DNA from: an uncultured Actinomycetota bacterium
GTDB taxonomy: Bacteria > Actinomycetota > Thermoleophilia > Solirubrobacterales > Solirubrobacteraceae
Direction of reading: 5' to 3'
Assembly: GCA_963790635.1 (NCBI GenBank)
Contig: CAWBPJ010000003.1
Span: 410,823 to 474,822 of the forward strand
Length of the DNA stretch: 64,000 nucleotides
The first letter of the stretch is position 1. The number at the start of each line of letters is the position of its first letter. The notes under the pieces were generated by a model that had not been told where the DNA came from, searched no databases, and saw only the letters and a program-made list of their open reading frames with translations. Made by a program: the position numbers and the translations under genes. Shown here piece after piece: positions 53,162-62,988 of the stretch.

Positions 53162-55224
53162 GCCTGGGCGAGAGCGCCCTGCAGCGCGGTGTAGAAGATC
53201 GAGAGCGGGAACTCGTCGGGCAGCACCGCGTCGCAATATGGGCGCGGGTCCGGGACCTCCTCGAAGTCGCGTACGCCTGCGATCCAGCGTGAGCTGGTGG
53301 CCGGCGGCACATAGCGCGCGACCAGGTCGTGCGCAGCAGCCCAGTGCTGCAGCTTGGTGCGATCGATCCCCGAGCGGTACAGCGCGTAGACGTCGTCGCG
53401 CAGCTCGATCACGCCATCTGCGACGCGCTCCCACTCGAACGTCAGGCGGTTGTCCGTCCAGTGCAGGTAGCCACCGCTGTGCAGGTAGGCGAACAGCAGC
53501 TGACCACCGAGTCCGTCGTAGTTGCGCACGCGCGAGCCGGTGATCGGGAACCGCAGCAGGCGGTCGAACAGGATTGCGTACTGCACGTTGCGGGCGAACG
53601 CGAGCCCTTCGCGTTCGAGCGTCACGGCCTCACCGAAGGCGGTCAGGTCGCAGCGCAGCTCCTCGAGCGAGTACATCCAATACGGCGCTCGCTGGCGAAC
53701 CATGAACGGATCGAACGGCAGGTCGCCGTGGCTGTGCGCCCGGTCATGGATCAGGTCCCAGAGGATGTAGGACTGCTTCGCGGCCTCTGGGTCGGCAAGC
53801 AGCCTGGCAGCGTCAGGAGGCAGGTTGATCTGCAGGAGATCGGCTGCCGCCGTTGCCACGCGGCGCAGGCGCGCGGACTCGCGATCGCAGAAGATCGCGC
53901 CGAAGTTGTTGGGCTGCCGCTCGGCAACGGAGACCTGTTCGGGGAACAGCACCGCGCACTCGCTGTCATAGCCCCGCGTGGCGGCGACCAACTCCACCGG
54001 CACGAACTTGGGGTTGTCGTAGCGAGTGGCCTCGAGCTCGGCGATCCAGTCCGGCCACGGGACACGGACGAGCACCGCTTCAAAGCATGTCTCGGGCGAC
54101 CCGTTCTGCTTGTACATCGGGAAGCAGGCGAGGTGCAGGCGCCCGTCCTCGCGTCCCTGCTCGGGCCGGAAGGCAGCCAGCGCCCGGGTGAAGTCGGGTT
54201 TGCCATAACCGCCCTGCGCCCACGCGCGCAGATCCTCGGCTGCTGCCTTCAGGTTCGGGTATTCAGGCGCGAGCGCGTACAACGCCTGCTCGACCGCCTC
54301 GACCCTCGCAGCCGCCTGCGAGCGATCGGCATCGTCACGCAGAGCACCGTCGGGAGCCTGCAGCAGCGCAAGCGCGTCGGTCTCCTCGATCAGGGTCATG
54401 ACTTTCTCCCCGGGCTGCGCGCTTGCTGGCTGCGCAGCCCGGCCAGGCGCTATTCCCTCTCCGCCGACCCGCCTGGCCGCCCAGTTGGCGATGTTCAGCC
54501 AAAGCGCCGCATGGTCGAGCGCGCCGATGCAGTCGTCGCCGAACAGGTCTGAGTCGCCCAGCACGACCACACGGCCGTCGCCGTGCTCGGAGGCGACCAT
54601 CAGCGGCGCGCCCGGGACGGAGGCGGAACGGTGCGTGCGGGCCAGCACACGTGCGCCGTTGCTGCTTGAGATCGTGGTGGCCCGGTAGAAGCAGGCGGAT
54701 TCGATGCCGGCCAGCACGTCGCCGTCGCTGCCGCGAGCGCCGTCGACCAGTTCAGCCAGCACCCAGGTCGGGGCACCGTCGCTGTGCTCATAGTCCTGGA
54801 CCGTGTCGCTGCGGAGCCTCAGATCGAAGCGCTCGAGCAGCGCGTTGACGTTGTTGCCGTACTTGTCCTGCTCGGTCTCACCGAGTACGACCAGGCCGCC
54901 ACCGCCATGCACGTAGCGTTCGATCGCATCGAGCTCAGCGCTCGTCATCCGTGCCGAACCGACGCCGGTCGTGCTCTCCCACTCAGGGTCCGACGGGTGC
55001 GCGATGACGAGCAGGTCGCAGCCGTCGAGCAGCTCGCCGCCGAGCGGCTCCGCGACGTTCGCCGTCACATCGAAGTCCCGCCCCATGAGCAGGTCCGCGG
55101 CGCGCGCGTAAGAGGCATCTCCCGGGTGGGCCGGTTGCATCTTCGAGGCGAGCTGGGGCCGGATCGTCCACGCCTGGCTGTGGGCCTCGTCAAAGACCAC
55201 GCTTATCTCACGCACGTGCGTCAC
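53158..55224 (-). CDS. DUF6421-like protein fused to an N-terminal GATase-like (DUF4350-type) domain
   Basis: C-terminal half has FPMYKQNG, SECAVLFPE, IFCDRE, WDLIHDRAHSHGDLPFDPFM, EELRCDL and RNYDGLGGQ. N-terminal half has FDEAH, DLLVIA, GGGLVVLGE and GRVVVLGDSDLF. Confidence 0.7.
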   Translation of the reverse strand: MTHVREISVVFDEAHSQAWTIRPQLASKMQPAHPGDASYARAADLLMGRDFDVTANVAEPLGGELLDGCDLLVIAHPSDPEWESTTGVGSARMTSAELDAIERYVHGGGGLVVLGETEQDKYGNNVNALLERFDLRLRSDTVQDYEHSDGAPTWVLAELVDGARGSDGDVLAGIESACFYRATTISSSNGARVLARTHRSASVPGAPLMVASEHGDGRVVVLGDSDLFGDDCIGALDHAALWLNIANWAARRVGGEGIAPGRAAQPASAQPGEKVMTLIEETDALALLQAPDGALRDDADRSQAAARVEAVEQALYALAPEYPNLKAAAEDLRAWAQGGYGKPDFTRALAAFRPEQGREDGRLHLACFPMYKQNGSPETCFEAVLVRVPWPDWIAELEATRYDNPKFVPVELVAATRGYDSECAVLFPEQVSVAERQPNNFGAIFCDRESARLRRVATAAADLLQINLPPDAARLLADPEAAKQSYILWDLIHDRAHSHGDLPFDPFMVRQRAPYWMYSLEELRCDLTAFGEAVTLEREGLAFARNVQYAILFDRLLRFPITGSRVRNYDGLGGQLLFAYLHSGGYLHWTDNRLTFEWERVADGVIELRDDVYALYRSGIDRTKLQHWAAAHDLVARYVPPATSSRWIAGVRDFEEVPDPRPYCDAVLPDEFPLSIFYTALQGALAQA

Positions 55225-55230
55225 CTCGGA

Positions 55231-57588
55231 TCAGAAATCGACTTCGGCCGGGTCTCCGGCGCGCCCGCGCGCGGACCCACCTGAACCGCGCGGCGGCAAC
55301 TTGATCGGCGTCGAGTGCATCGCCCGCAGCCGCACCTCGCGCCACGACATGCCCTCGCGCAGCAGCGCCGGCATACCCATCAGGATCGCGGTCGCGACCT
55401 CCACCGCCTGCAGGATCACGCCGTAGGCGACGCCGGTGCCCCAGGGAACGTGCCAACCGGTCTGCAGCACGGTCGCGCAGGCCGCCTGGAAGACACCGAC
55501 GTTGGCCGGCGTGATCGGGACGACGGCCGTGATGTTGACCGCGAACAGGACCGCGGCGGCGGCGGCGAACCCCGTTTCGTCGGCAATGCCCAGCGCGGCC
55601 AGCAGGAAGTAGCAGGAGACGCATTGCAGCCCCCAGGCCGACAGCTGCGAGACGGTCGCGATCCCGCCGAGCCGCGGCTTGCGGAACACGACCAGGCCGA
55701 CCCGCACCCGGCCGAGCGCGCGCTGCGCCTGTTGCAGCGCCGTGTGAGCGCGGGCAAAGCGGCCGGTGCCGGATCCGTAACGCAGCACGATCGGCGCGAG
55801 GATCACGAACAGCAGCAGCAGGGCCGGAGCGATCGCCGCCACCACCAGCGCCGTCGGGTCGTTGAAGAAGTCGACCGAGGTGAACATGATCACGCCGAGG
55901 ATGATCAGCGCAACGATGTTCAGCACCGTCTGCGACACAACCGTACCGAGCACCACCGGCAGGTTCTCCCGCGGTCGGCCGGTCCGGCGGGCGACGATCA
56001 GTGCACGTGAGGGCTCGCCCAAGCGCGCCGGCAACGTCGAGGACATCAGCACCCCGATCATCGTGCCCCGGATCGCGTCGCTGAGCCTGATCCGCGCCTT
56101 TGGCAGCGCGGCCTCGAGGATCGCGTGCCATGCAACACCACGCATCAGCATCGCCGCGCACATCGTCGCGAGCCCGAGCAGTACGTAGGAAGGCTCCGAG
56201 TTGATCAGCGTCTTGCCGATGCTGGTGATTCCGATCTGCTCGAGCGCCTTGAAGGCGAGCCCGAGCGCTGCAAGCGTGATCAGCGCCATCCCGGCTCGGC
56301 GCACGTGCGAGAACATGCTGCGGCGGGATTCCTGGGCTGTCAGCGGCCGCTCCAGGCTCTCGAGCCGGGCGGCCCGCACGCGCGGCTGCAGGTCGGCCGG
56401 AATGAAACCCGTCTGGACGCCGAGCGTCTGCGTCGTGCCCTGCGGCTCGGGCATCGCGATCGCCTCGCCGTAGGCCTCCATCACCTCCAGCGCGACGCGC
56501 TCCCAGGCGAACCGCTTGACGGTGTCCGCCGCCGCCTGCGCCAGCTCCCGGCGGCGTGCCGGCTCGTGATAGAGGTCGCGCAGCGCCTCGGCCAGCGCCT
56601 GCGCGTCGGCGGGCGGCACCAGCACGCCGTCGACCCCGTCGGTCACGACGTCCCGGTAACCGGCGATGTCAGACGCCACCACGGTCGCGCCTGAGGCGAA
56701 CGCCTCGGTCAGGACCATGCCGAAGCTCTCGCCACCCAGTGACGGCGCCGCCAGCACATCGGCGGCCAACAGCTCGTCGTGCTTGGTGACGTCGTCGACC
56801 TTGCCGAGCGCGCGCACCCCGCGCGGATCGATCAGCAGCGGAGCGAGCTCCTCCTGCGTCGGACCGATCACCGTCAGCTCAGTGGGCACGTGCTCGCGCA
56901 GCGCCTCGAAGGCGCGCAGCAGCAGCGGCAGGCCCTTGCGCTCGACGGCCTGGCCGACGAACAGGATCCGCAGCACATCGTCGTCACGCCGCTGCTCGAG
57001 CGCGTGCTCGAGCGCGTGCTCGTCGAGGCTTACACCATTGGGGATAACCCGGTAGCGGCCGCCGAACCAGCGCCGCCCGGTCCAGGCCGCTGACTCGGAG
57101 ACCGCGATCCGCACGCGCAGGCGGTTGAGCACCTGGGTCGCGCCGAAGCCGTTGGCGATCGCGTTCGGCAGCAGCTTGCGCGAGTAGGAGTGGAAGGTCC
57201 CTACGAGGGGCACGCCGAACGGCAGCGTCGCCACCCAGCCGACCATCGGCGCGACCGGCTCGTGGATATGAGCGACGTCGTACCCGCCGGTCGAGAGCTC
57301 GCGCGAGAGCCTGGCGATACCACCGGGGCCCACTGACAGGTTCGAGACCGCGCCGTTGGCGCTGAAGCCGAGGCTGCGGCCGAGCGGGACCACGTAGTCA
57401 GGCGCGCGCAGATTCTGAGGCCTGGCGCCACGGTGCATGAGCGTTGCGGGCAGGTCGCCGGGGTCGTACGGTGCGAGCACGCGTACGTCATGGCCCGCAG
57501 CGAGGTATTGCTCGGCGAGCGCCTCTATATGCCTTGTGACGCCCCCCGGATAGGTCCACGAATAGGGGGAGACCAGCGCGATACGCAT
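55231..57588 (-). CDS. GT4 (PimA-like) glycosyltransferase fused to an LPG-synthase-TM (flippase-like) domain
   Basis: Motifs SPYSW..PGGV..H, HIHEP, RKG and PSLGGESFGMVLTEA. C-terminal TM region has LPARLGE and PITPANVGVFQ. Confidence 0.85.
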   Translation of the reverse strand: MRIALVSPYSWTYPGGVTRHIEALAEQYLAAGHDVRVLAPYDPGDLPATLMHRGARPQNLRAPDYVVPLGRSLGFSANGAVSNLSVGPGGIARLSRELSTGGYDVAHIHEPVAPMVGWVATLPFGVPLVGTFHSYSRKLLPNAIANGFGATQVLNRLRVRIAVSESAAWTGRRWFGGRYRVIPNGVSLDEHALEHALEQRRDDDVLRILFVGQAVERKGLPLLLRAFEALREHVPTELTVIGPTQEELAPLLIDPRGVRALGKVDDVTKHDELLAADVLAAPSLGGESFGMVLTEAFASGATVVASDIAGYRDVVTDGVDGVLVPPADAQALAEALRDLYHEPARRRELAQAAADTVKRFAWERVALEVMEAYGEAIAMPEPQGTTQTLGVQTGFIPADLQPRVRAARLESLERPLTAQESRRSMFSHVRRAGMALITLAALGLAFKALEQIGITSIGKTLINSEPSYVLLGLATMCAAMLMRGVAWHAILEAALPKARIRLSDAIRGTMIGVLMSSTLPARLGEPSRALIVARRTGRPRENLPVVLGTVVSQTVLNIVALIILGVIMFTSVDFFNDPTALVVAAIAPALLLLFVILAPIVLRYGSGTGRFARAHTALQQAQRALGRVRVGLVVFRKPRLGGIATVSQLSAWGLQCVSCYFLLAALGIADETGFAAAAAVLFAVNITAVVPITPANVGVFQAACATVLQTGWHVPWGTGVAYGVILQAVEVATAILMGMPALLREGMSWREVRLRAMHSTPIKLPPRGSGGSARGRAGDPAEVDF

Positions 57589-57674
57589 GTGTAGGAATCC
57601 TACCCACTCGGCTACCGGTGCTCACTGCGGATTCGGCTGAACGTGCTGATCCGGGCGATCCATATGATTGGGTG

Positions 57675-58361
57675 ATGCCCAAGCGCCACTTCGTCAAGTA
57701 CACGTTCCTGCACGTCGACCCGGCCTGGCGACGGCTACCGGACTCCGAACGCGAGGAGCACAAGCGCGAGTTCGTCGCCGCCTGCGAGGACTTTGGCCAG
57801 GACCACCTGCTGCGCGCGTTCTCGCTGGTCGGGACCCGCGGCGACGCCGACATGATGGTCCTCTCTCAGGCTGAGAATCTGGAGCGGATCCACGAGTTCC
57901 ACGTCGTCCTCCAGCAGAGCGGGCTGATGAAGTGGTCGACGATCCCGTACTCATTCCTGGCCATGACCAAGCCCTCCGAGTACTCGGAGGAGTCGCGCCT
58001 GGAGGTCCGGCCGGCCCACGGCAGATACCTGTTCGTGTACCCGTTCGTGAAGACCCGCGCCTGGTACAACCTCGCCGCTGACGAGCGCTGGCGGATCATG
58101 CAGGAGCACATCCGCATCGGCAGGGAATTCCCCAGCGTCGACCTCAACACCAGCTACTCCTTCGGGCTCGACGACCAGGAGTTCGTCGTGGCGTTCGAGG
58201 CGGACAGCCCGGCGGACTTCGTCGACCTCGTCCAGAAACTGCGCACCACCGAGTCGAGCATGTACACGCTGCGCGACACGCCCACCTTCACCTGCGTGAC
58301 GATGTCGGTCGAGCGCGCACTCGGAGCGCTCGACGGCGCCGTGCTGCGCGCCTCGGTGTGA
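57675..58361 (+). CDS. hemQ: Chlorite dismutase-family protein, probable coproheme decarboxylase (ChdC/HemQ)
   Basis: YPFVKTRAWY, MQEH and NTSYSFGLDDQEF. Leu rather than Arg at the position aligned by eye to the Cld catalytic Arg. Confidence 0.7.
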   Translation: MPKRHFVKYTFLHVDPAWRRLPDSEREEHKREFVAACEDFGQDHLLRAFSLVGTRGDADMMVLSQAENLERIHEFHVVLQQSGLMKWSTIPYSFLAMTKPSEYSEESRLEVRPAHGRYLFVYPFVKTRAWYNLAADERWRIMQEHIRIGREFPSVDLNTSYSFGLDDQEFVVAFEADSPADFVDLVQKLRTTESSMYTLRDTPTFTCVTMSVERALGALDGAVLRASV

Positions 58362-58990
58362 GTGCCGACGTCACCGCGGTAGAGCACCTTCGCGCGAACG
58401 ACCCGGTTCTGCGCGAGATCATCGACCGCTACGGCCCCGACGCGATTCCCGAGCGCCGCGAGGGTGACCAGCGCGAGCACTATGGCGCGCTGGTGCGGGC
58501 GATCGTCGGCCAGCAACTCTCGACCAAGGCAGCTGCCGCGATCTATCGCCGCCTCGCCGACCGCTTCGGCGGCCGCGAACCGACACCGGCGGAGATCCTC
58601 GCCGATGATCCTGAGGAGTTGCGCACCGCCGCCGGCCTCTCCCGCGCGAAGGTGACATATCTGCGTTCACTCGCCGAGCACGTGCTCGAGGGATCGCTCG
58701 AACTGGAGCGGCTCGATGCGCTCCCGGACGCGCAGGTGATCGCGGAGCTCACCGCCGTCAAGGGCATCGGCGTCTGGAGCTCTCACATGTTTCTGATGTT
58801 CCGCCTCGATCGCCCCGACGTGCTCGCCGTGGGTGACCTCGGTATCCGCAAGTCGATGATGACGGCCTACGAGCTCGACGCTCTGCCGCTCGCTGAGACG
58901 ATGGAAGCGATCGCCGAGCCCTGGCGGCCGTACCGCACGCTCGCCTGCCGCTACCTGTGGCGCGCGCTCGACAACGAGCCCGTCCAGTGA
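58358..58990 (+). CDS. DNA-3-methyladenine glycosylase II (AlkA family)
   Basis: Motifs AIVGQQLS, GLSRAK, KGIGVWS, DLGIR and WRPYRT. Confidence 0.9.
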   Translation: MSADVTAVEHLRANDPVLREIIDRYGPDAIPERREGDQREHYGALVRAIVGQQLSTKAAAAIYRRLADRFGGREPTPAEILADDPEELRTAAGLSRAKVTYLRSLAEHVLEGSLELERLDALPDAQVIAELTAVKGIGVWSSHMFLMFRLDRPDVLAVGDLGIRKSMMTAYELDALPLAETMEAIAEPWRPYRTLACRYLWRALDNEPVQ

Positions 58991-58994
58991 CCAC

Positions 58995-59726
58995 ATGATG
59001 CCGACGGTCACCCTGACGCTGGCTCGGTTCACGCCAGGCGACCGCGACCGGTGGCTCGCCGGCGCAATGAACGTACTCAACGATGAGGAGCGTGAGCAGC
59101 TGCGGGCGAGACCCGATTCGGACGCCCGCGCGCAGCACGCGATCGGTCGCGCACTGCTGCGGTTGATCGCGGCGCCGGCCGCCGGCCGCGGCCCAAGCGA
59201 GGTGGAGGTCACCGTCTCCGAGCAGGGCAAACCGGCAATCGATGACGCTCCCGAGCTGGGCGTCAGCGTTGCCCACAGCGGGCACGCCGTGGTCGTCGCA
59301 GCCTGCCGCGGTGCGACGGTCGGCGTCGACATCGAGCCCCCACCTGAGGACGCCGCGCGTTGCCGCCGGCTCGCCCGGCGGCGCTTCTCGGCAGCTGAGG
59401 CGGCGGCGTTGCGCGAGCTGCCCGATGCGGCCGTCGCCGGCTGGTTCGCACGCGCCTGGACGATCAAGGAGGCCGTCGGCAAGACGCTCGGCGTCGGCAT
59501 GGTCCCGGCGCTGGCAGGCGCCGTCGTCAGCAGCGACGCGCACGCGCTGGTGTCCGTGTGGACAGGGCCGCCGGCTGAATCCTGGACGCTGCATCAGCTG
59601 CTGGCGCCGGGCGGCGAGGAGTGGATCGCGGTCACCCTTCCCGTTGCCGGGGTTGAGCTGGGTCCGGTCTCGCAGCTCACGCCCGAAGCCTTCAGCGAGG
59701 CGACAGCTCAGCCAGTCGCCGAGTGA
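58995..59726 (+). CDS. Sfp-type 4'-phosphopantetheinyl transferase
   Basis: Motifs GKP, SVAHSG, VGVDIE and WTIKEAVGK. Confidence 0.92.
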   Translation: MMPTVTLTLARFTPGDRDRWLAGAMNVLNDEEREQLRARPDSDARAQHAIGRALLRLIAAPAAGRGPSEVEVTVSEQGKPAIDDAPELGVSVAHSGHAVVVAACRGATVGVDIEPPPEDAARCRRLARRRFSAAEAAALRELPDAAVAGWFARAWTIKEAVGKTLGVGMVPALAGAVVSSDAHALVSVWTGPPAESWTLHQLLAPGGEEWIAVTLPVAGVELGPVSQLTPEAFSEATAQPVAE

Positions 59727-60963
59727 GGAAGCGGCGCTCGGCGTCCGAGGGCGCGAGCACCAGCGCACGCTGATACTCGGTCGTCGCCTCCGTGAGCGCG
59801 CCCGAGCGCCGCAGCAGGTCGGCTCGGGTGGCGGCCAGCAGGTGATAGCCGGCGAGCTCGCCCCGCTGGGCGAGCTCGCTGACCAGGGCCAGTCCGCGGT
59901 CGAGATCACCGGACATCGCGATCGCGACCGCCTGGTTCAGGCGCACGACCGGTGAGTCCACCAGCTCGGCCAGCAGCTCGTAGAGCTTGCGTGCCCGGCC
60001 CCAGTCGGTATGGGGCTGCGCGTGGCAGGCGGCGATCTCAGCCTGGAGGCGGTAGGCGCCGCTGGAATTGGTTCCCACCCACCCACGCCCGCCGCCACCA
60101 GCAGCGGCGAGCAGGCGCTCGGCCTCCGTGATCTCGTCCTGATGCCAGAGACCGTGGTCCTGATCCTCGAGCGTGATCAGCTCGCCGGTGGCGTCCAGGC
60201 GGGCGTCGCGGCGCGAGTGCTGAAGCAGCATCAGCGCCAGCAGCGCGGTCGCCTCGGGCTCATCCGGCATCAGAGCCCGCAGCAGCCGAGCCAGCCGAAT
60301 CGCCTCGTCGCAGAGCCCGGCGCGGATCAGCTCCTCGCCCGATGAGGCCGAGTAGCCCTCGTTGAACAGCAGGTAGAGGACCGCCAGCACGCCCGCGGTG
60401 CGCTCCGGGAGCAGCCGCGCGGGCGGGACGCGGTAGGGGATGCCGGCATTCGCGATCTTCGCCTTCGCACGGGTCAGGCGCTTGGCCATGGCCGGCTCGG
60501 CGACCAGAAACGCGCGCGCGATCTCGGCCGTCGTCAGGCCTGCGAGCGTGCGCAGCGTCAGCGCCACCCGTGCCTCCAGCGCCAGGGCCGGATGGCAGCA
60601 GGTGAAGATCAGGCGCAGTCGGTCGTCCTCGATCTGTTCGGGCTGTTCGGGCATCGTCAGTTCGGTCTCCGTCGGCTCGGTCCGGAGTTGGTCTTGCACG
60701 ATCCGCTCGACCAGCTCCGTACCACGGGCCGCCCGCCGCAGGCGATCGATCGCGCGGTTGCCGGCAACGGTCGTCAGCCAGGCCCCGGGCCTGTCCGGAA
60801 CGCCATCAGCCGGCCAGCGTCGGAGCGCCTCGGCGAACGCCTCCTGGGCGCACTCCTCAGCCAGATCCCAGTCGCCGGTGCGGCGGATCAGGGTGGCGAC
60901 GATCCGGCCCCACTCCTCGCGGAAGGCTGCCTGAACGGCATCGTGCGCGGCGCCGGCACTCAC
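59692..60963 (-). CDS. ECF sigma factor with C-terminal TPR-like extension (ECF42 type)
   Basis: LAEECAQEAF...W, DDRLRLIFTCCHPAL, YLLFNEGY, YRLQAEIAACH and SPVVRLN. Confidence 0.88.
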   Translation of the reverse strand: MSAGAAHDAVQAAFREEWGRIVATLIRRTGDWDLAEECAQEAFAEALRRWPADGVPDRPGAWLTTVAGNRAIDRLRRAARGTELVERIVQDQLRTEPTETELTMPEQPEQIEDDRLRLIFTCCHPALALEARVALTLRTLAGLTTAEIARAFLVAEPAMAKRLTRAKAKIANAGIPYRVPPARLLPERTAGVLAVLYLLFNEGYSASSGEELIRAGLCDEAIRLARLLRALMPDEPEATALLALMLLQHSRRDARLDATGELITLEDQDHGLWHQDEITEAERLLAAAGGGGRGWVGTNSSGAYRLQAEIAACHAQPHTDWGRARKLYELLAELVDSPVVRLNQAVAIAMSGDLDRGLALVSELAQRGELAGYHLLAATRADLLRRSGALTEATTEYQRALVLAPSDAERRFLTRRLAELSPR

Positions 60964-61688
60964 AGATCGATGAAGCGCCTGACCTCGACCTGGTGAAAGC
61001 GTGCGATCGGGTGCCCGGCGGCCAGTTCGATTGCGCGCTCCTCAGAGTCGCAGTCGAGGATCGCGAAGCCGCCCAGGAACTCCTTGGTCTCCGCGAACGG
61101 CCCGTCGGTCAGCAGCGTCTGGCCGTCACGCACACGCACCGTCGTCGCCGCGGCAGCGTCCTGGAGCGCGTGGCCGTACACGTACTCGCCGCCGGCCTCG
61201 ACCTGCTCACGCCACGCCATCACGTCGCGCAGGATGCCCTCCTCGACCTCAGGAGCCTCGGCGATGCCGTCGATGCAGACCATCAGCAGGTATCGCATCT
61301 TCGGTTCGGTCACGCTTTCGATCGGCGCCTCCGGGCGCAGGTCGGGGTGATCCTCATGTTCGAAGAAGGGCCGCAGCTCGAGCAGGTGATACCAGGACAT
61401 GGGGTGCTTGGATGCGACCTCGATCGCCTCGTCGAGGTTCTCGCAGTCGAGCAGGTCGAGCCCGCCGATGAACTCCTTCGTGTCGGCGAACGGACCGTCG
61501 CTGACAAGCGTCTCACCATCGCGGACGCGCACCACCTTGGCGGTGTCCGGGCTGTCGAGCGCCTTGCCGGCCAGCCGCGCGCCGCGGCCATCCATTTCGT
61601 CAACCCACTTTGGCGTGCGCTCCCGCATGACTGCGGACTCGTCCTCAGAGCCCTCGTTCTCCACGCAGACCAGCATCAGGTAGTTCAT
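60960..61688 (-). CDS. YCII-related DGPF protein with two tandem domains
   Basis: Two copies of Y(L)ML..C...VRVRDG..L..DGPFA.TKEF.GG. Confidence 0.9.
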   Translation of the reverse strand: MNYLMLVCVENEGSEDESAVMRERTPKWVDEMDGRGARLAGKALDSPDTAKVVRVRDGETLVSDGPFADTKEFIGGLDLLDCENLDEAIEVASKHPMSWYHLLELRPFFEHEDHPDLRPEAPIESVTEPKMRYLLMVCIDGIAEAPEVEEGILRDVMAWREQVEAGGEYVYGHALQDAAAATTVRVRDGQTLLTDGPFAETKEFLGGFAILDCDSEERAIELAAGHPIARFHQVEVRRFIDL

Positions 61689-61731
61689 CTGTCTCGGAAC
61701 CTCCACGTCGGATTGTCGTCGATATCCCTAC

Positions 61732-61758
61732 GACGAACGTCACCCGCGCAGATGGACA
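61732..61758 (-). promoter_or_regulatory. Candidate ECF42-type autoregulatory promoter
   Basis: Minus strand reads TGTCCA-N17-CGTC upstream of the DGPF gene, close to the ECF42 consensus TGTCGA/CG(A/T)C as I recall it. Confidence 0.6.
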
Positions 61759-61831
61759 GTCCGGCCCGAACCAGACCCGAACTGACCTGCAGAATCTGAC
61801 AAACCGTCCGGTGGCAGAGGCCGCCGACCTC

Positions 61832-62581
61832 TCAGAAGCCGAGTTGCTGCATGGTCGAGCTGAGGTCGCCGACCTCAGCCGCGGGCGGTGCCCGCGCGGG
61901 CTTCACAGCGGCAAAGCCGGTGAAGCGCAGTGCGACTCTGATGTGCGCGCGAAGCGTCGGGTCGTAGAACGTGAGCACGAGGCTGCGGATCAGGCCGGTG
62001 GCAGGATCGATCGTGACCCGGGCGCGCTGACCCGGCACCCTCTGGGTCGCGTCGCGAGCGGTGTCACTCAGGATCTTCGCCGGATCGACGGTGTCGCTCA
62101 GTCCGAGCCCGGATACGCTGCCCTCGAGCCACTGGTCCGAGATCCCCAGAAGGCTCGTGGCCTCCGGGGGAACCCTCAGGTAGAGCGCGTCGCCGATGAT
62201 CACAGCCTGGCTGGGCAGCGGGCCGATCAGGTCGAGCAACCCGGGTGGATTCGCCGCCAGGTTCAGGGTGCCCGTGCCAGAGGCCGGATCGAAGCTGCCG
62301 CGGCCGACTGCCGTGGCCGGGTCGCTGCCGAACTGGGGGACCGTGATGCGCATGTGCACGACCGCCTGGTAGCCGGGCTTCTCGCCGGTCAGCCGCGCCG
62401 CCCTGAGGATCGCTGCCGCTGATGGCGGCGCCGGCGCCGAGGTGGCCGGCGCGCTCCGCGTGGTGCTCGTGTACGTGTAGCTCCGCCGCGGCTTGCCCGC
62501 ACCAGAGCCCGAGCCGCCACAACCGGCCGTCAACAGTGCAACGATCGCAACACCGCTCGCGAGCAACGCGGCACGGCGCAT
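61832..62581 (-). CDS. Lipoprotein (LppX/LprAFG-like fold, tentative)
   Basis: Lipobox LTAGC, Thr/Pro linker and beta-rich body (GDALYLRVP, W, VTID..TGLIR). Confidence 0.6.
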   Translation of the reverse strand: MRRAALLASGVAIVALLTAGCGGSGSGAGKPRRSYTYTSTTRSAPATSAPAPPSAAAILRAARLTGEKPGYQAVVHMRITVPQFGSDPATAVGRGSFDPASGTGTLNLAANPPGLLDLIGPLPSQAVIIGDALYLRVPPEATSLLGISDQWLEGSVSGLGLSDTVDPAKILSDTARDATQRVPGQRARVTIDPATGLIRSLVLTFYDPTLRAHIRVALRFTGFAAVKPARAPPAAEVGDLSSTMQQLGF

Positions 62582-62586
62582 GCGAA

Positions 62587-62940
62587 TCAGACTGCTGAGA
62601 CCTCTTCCTCCTCCGCGACGCGGAAGGAGGAGCCGCAGCCACAGGCCGCGACCACGTTGGGGTTCTCGACCTTGAAGCCGGCACCCTGCAGCTCGTCGAC
62701 GAAGTCGATCACCGAACCCCGCACGTAAGGCAGGCTGGGGCCGTCGACGAGTAGCCGGATGCCCTTGTCCTGGAACACCGTGTCGCCGTCCCGCTGCTCG
62801 TCGAACGCGAGCGCGTACTGGAAGCCTGAGCAACCGCCGCCGCGCACGCCGACCCGCAGACCTGCGGTCTCGGCGACGGACTCCTGAGAGGCCAGGAACT
62901 CCTGAACCTTCTCGGCACCTTTGTCGGTCAAAGTGATCAT
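62587..62940 (-). CDS. A-type Fe-S carrier (HesB/IscA/ErpA family)
   Basis: Motifs GGGCSGFQY and NPN...CGCGSSF. Confidence 0.95.
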   Translation of the reverse strand: MITLTDKGAEKVQEFLASQESVAETAGLRVGVRGGGCSGFQYALAFDEQRDGDTVFQDKGIRLLVDGPSLPYVRGSVIDFVDELQGAGFKVENPNVVAACGCGSSFRVAEEEEVSAV

Positions 62941-62988
62941 CGCTTCATTCAGTATAGCTTCGGACGTCCGGTCGCTACGCTTTCCACT

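Noticed and set aside
57675-58361. True chlorite dismutase
   Set aside because: The distal catalytic Arg appears to be replaced (VDLNTSYS versus Cld VKRKLYHS), while the ChdC-type YP..K is present.
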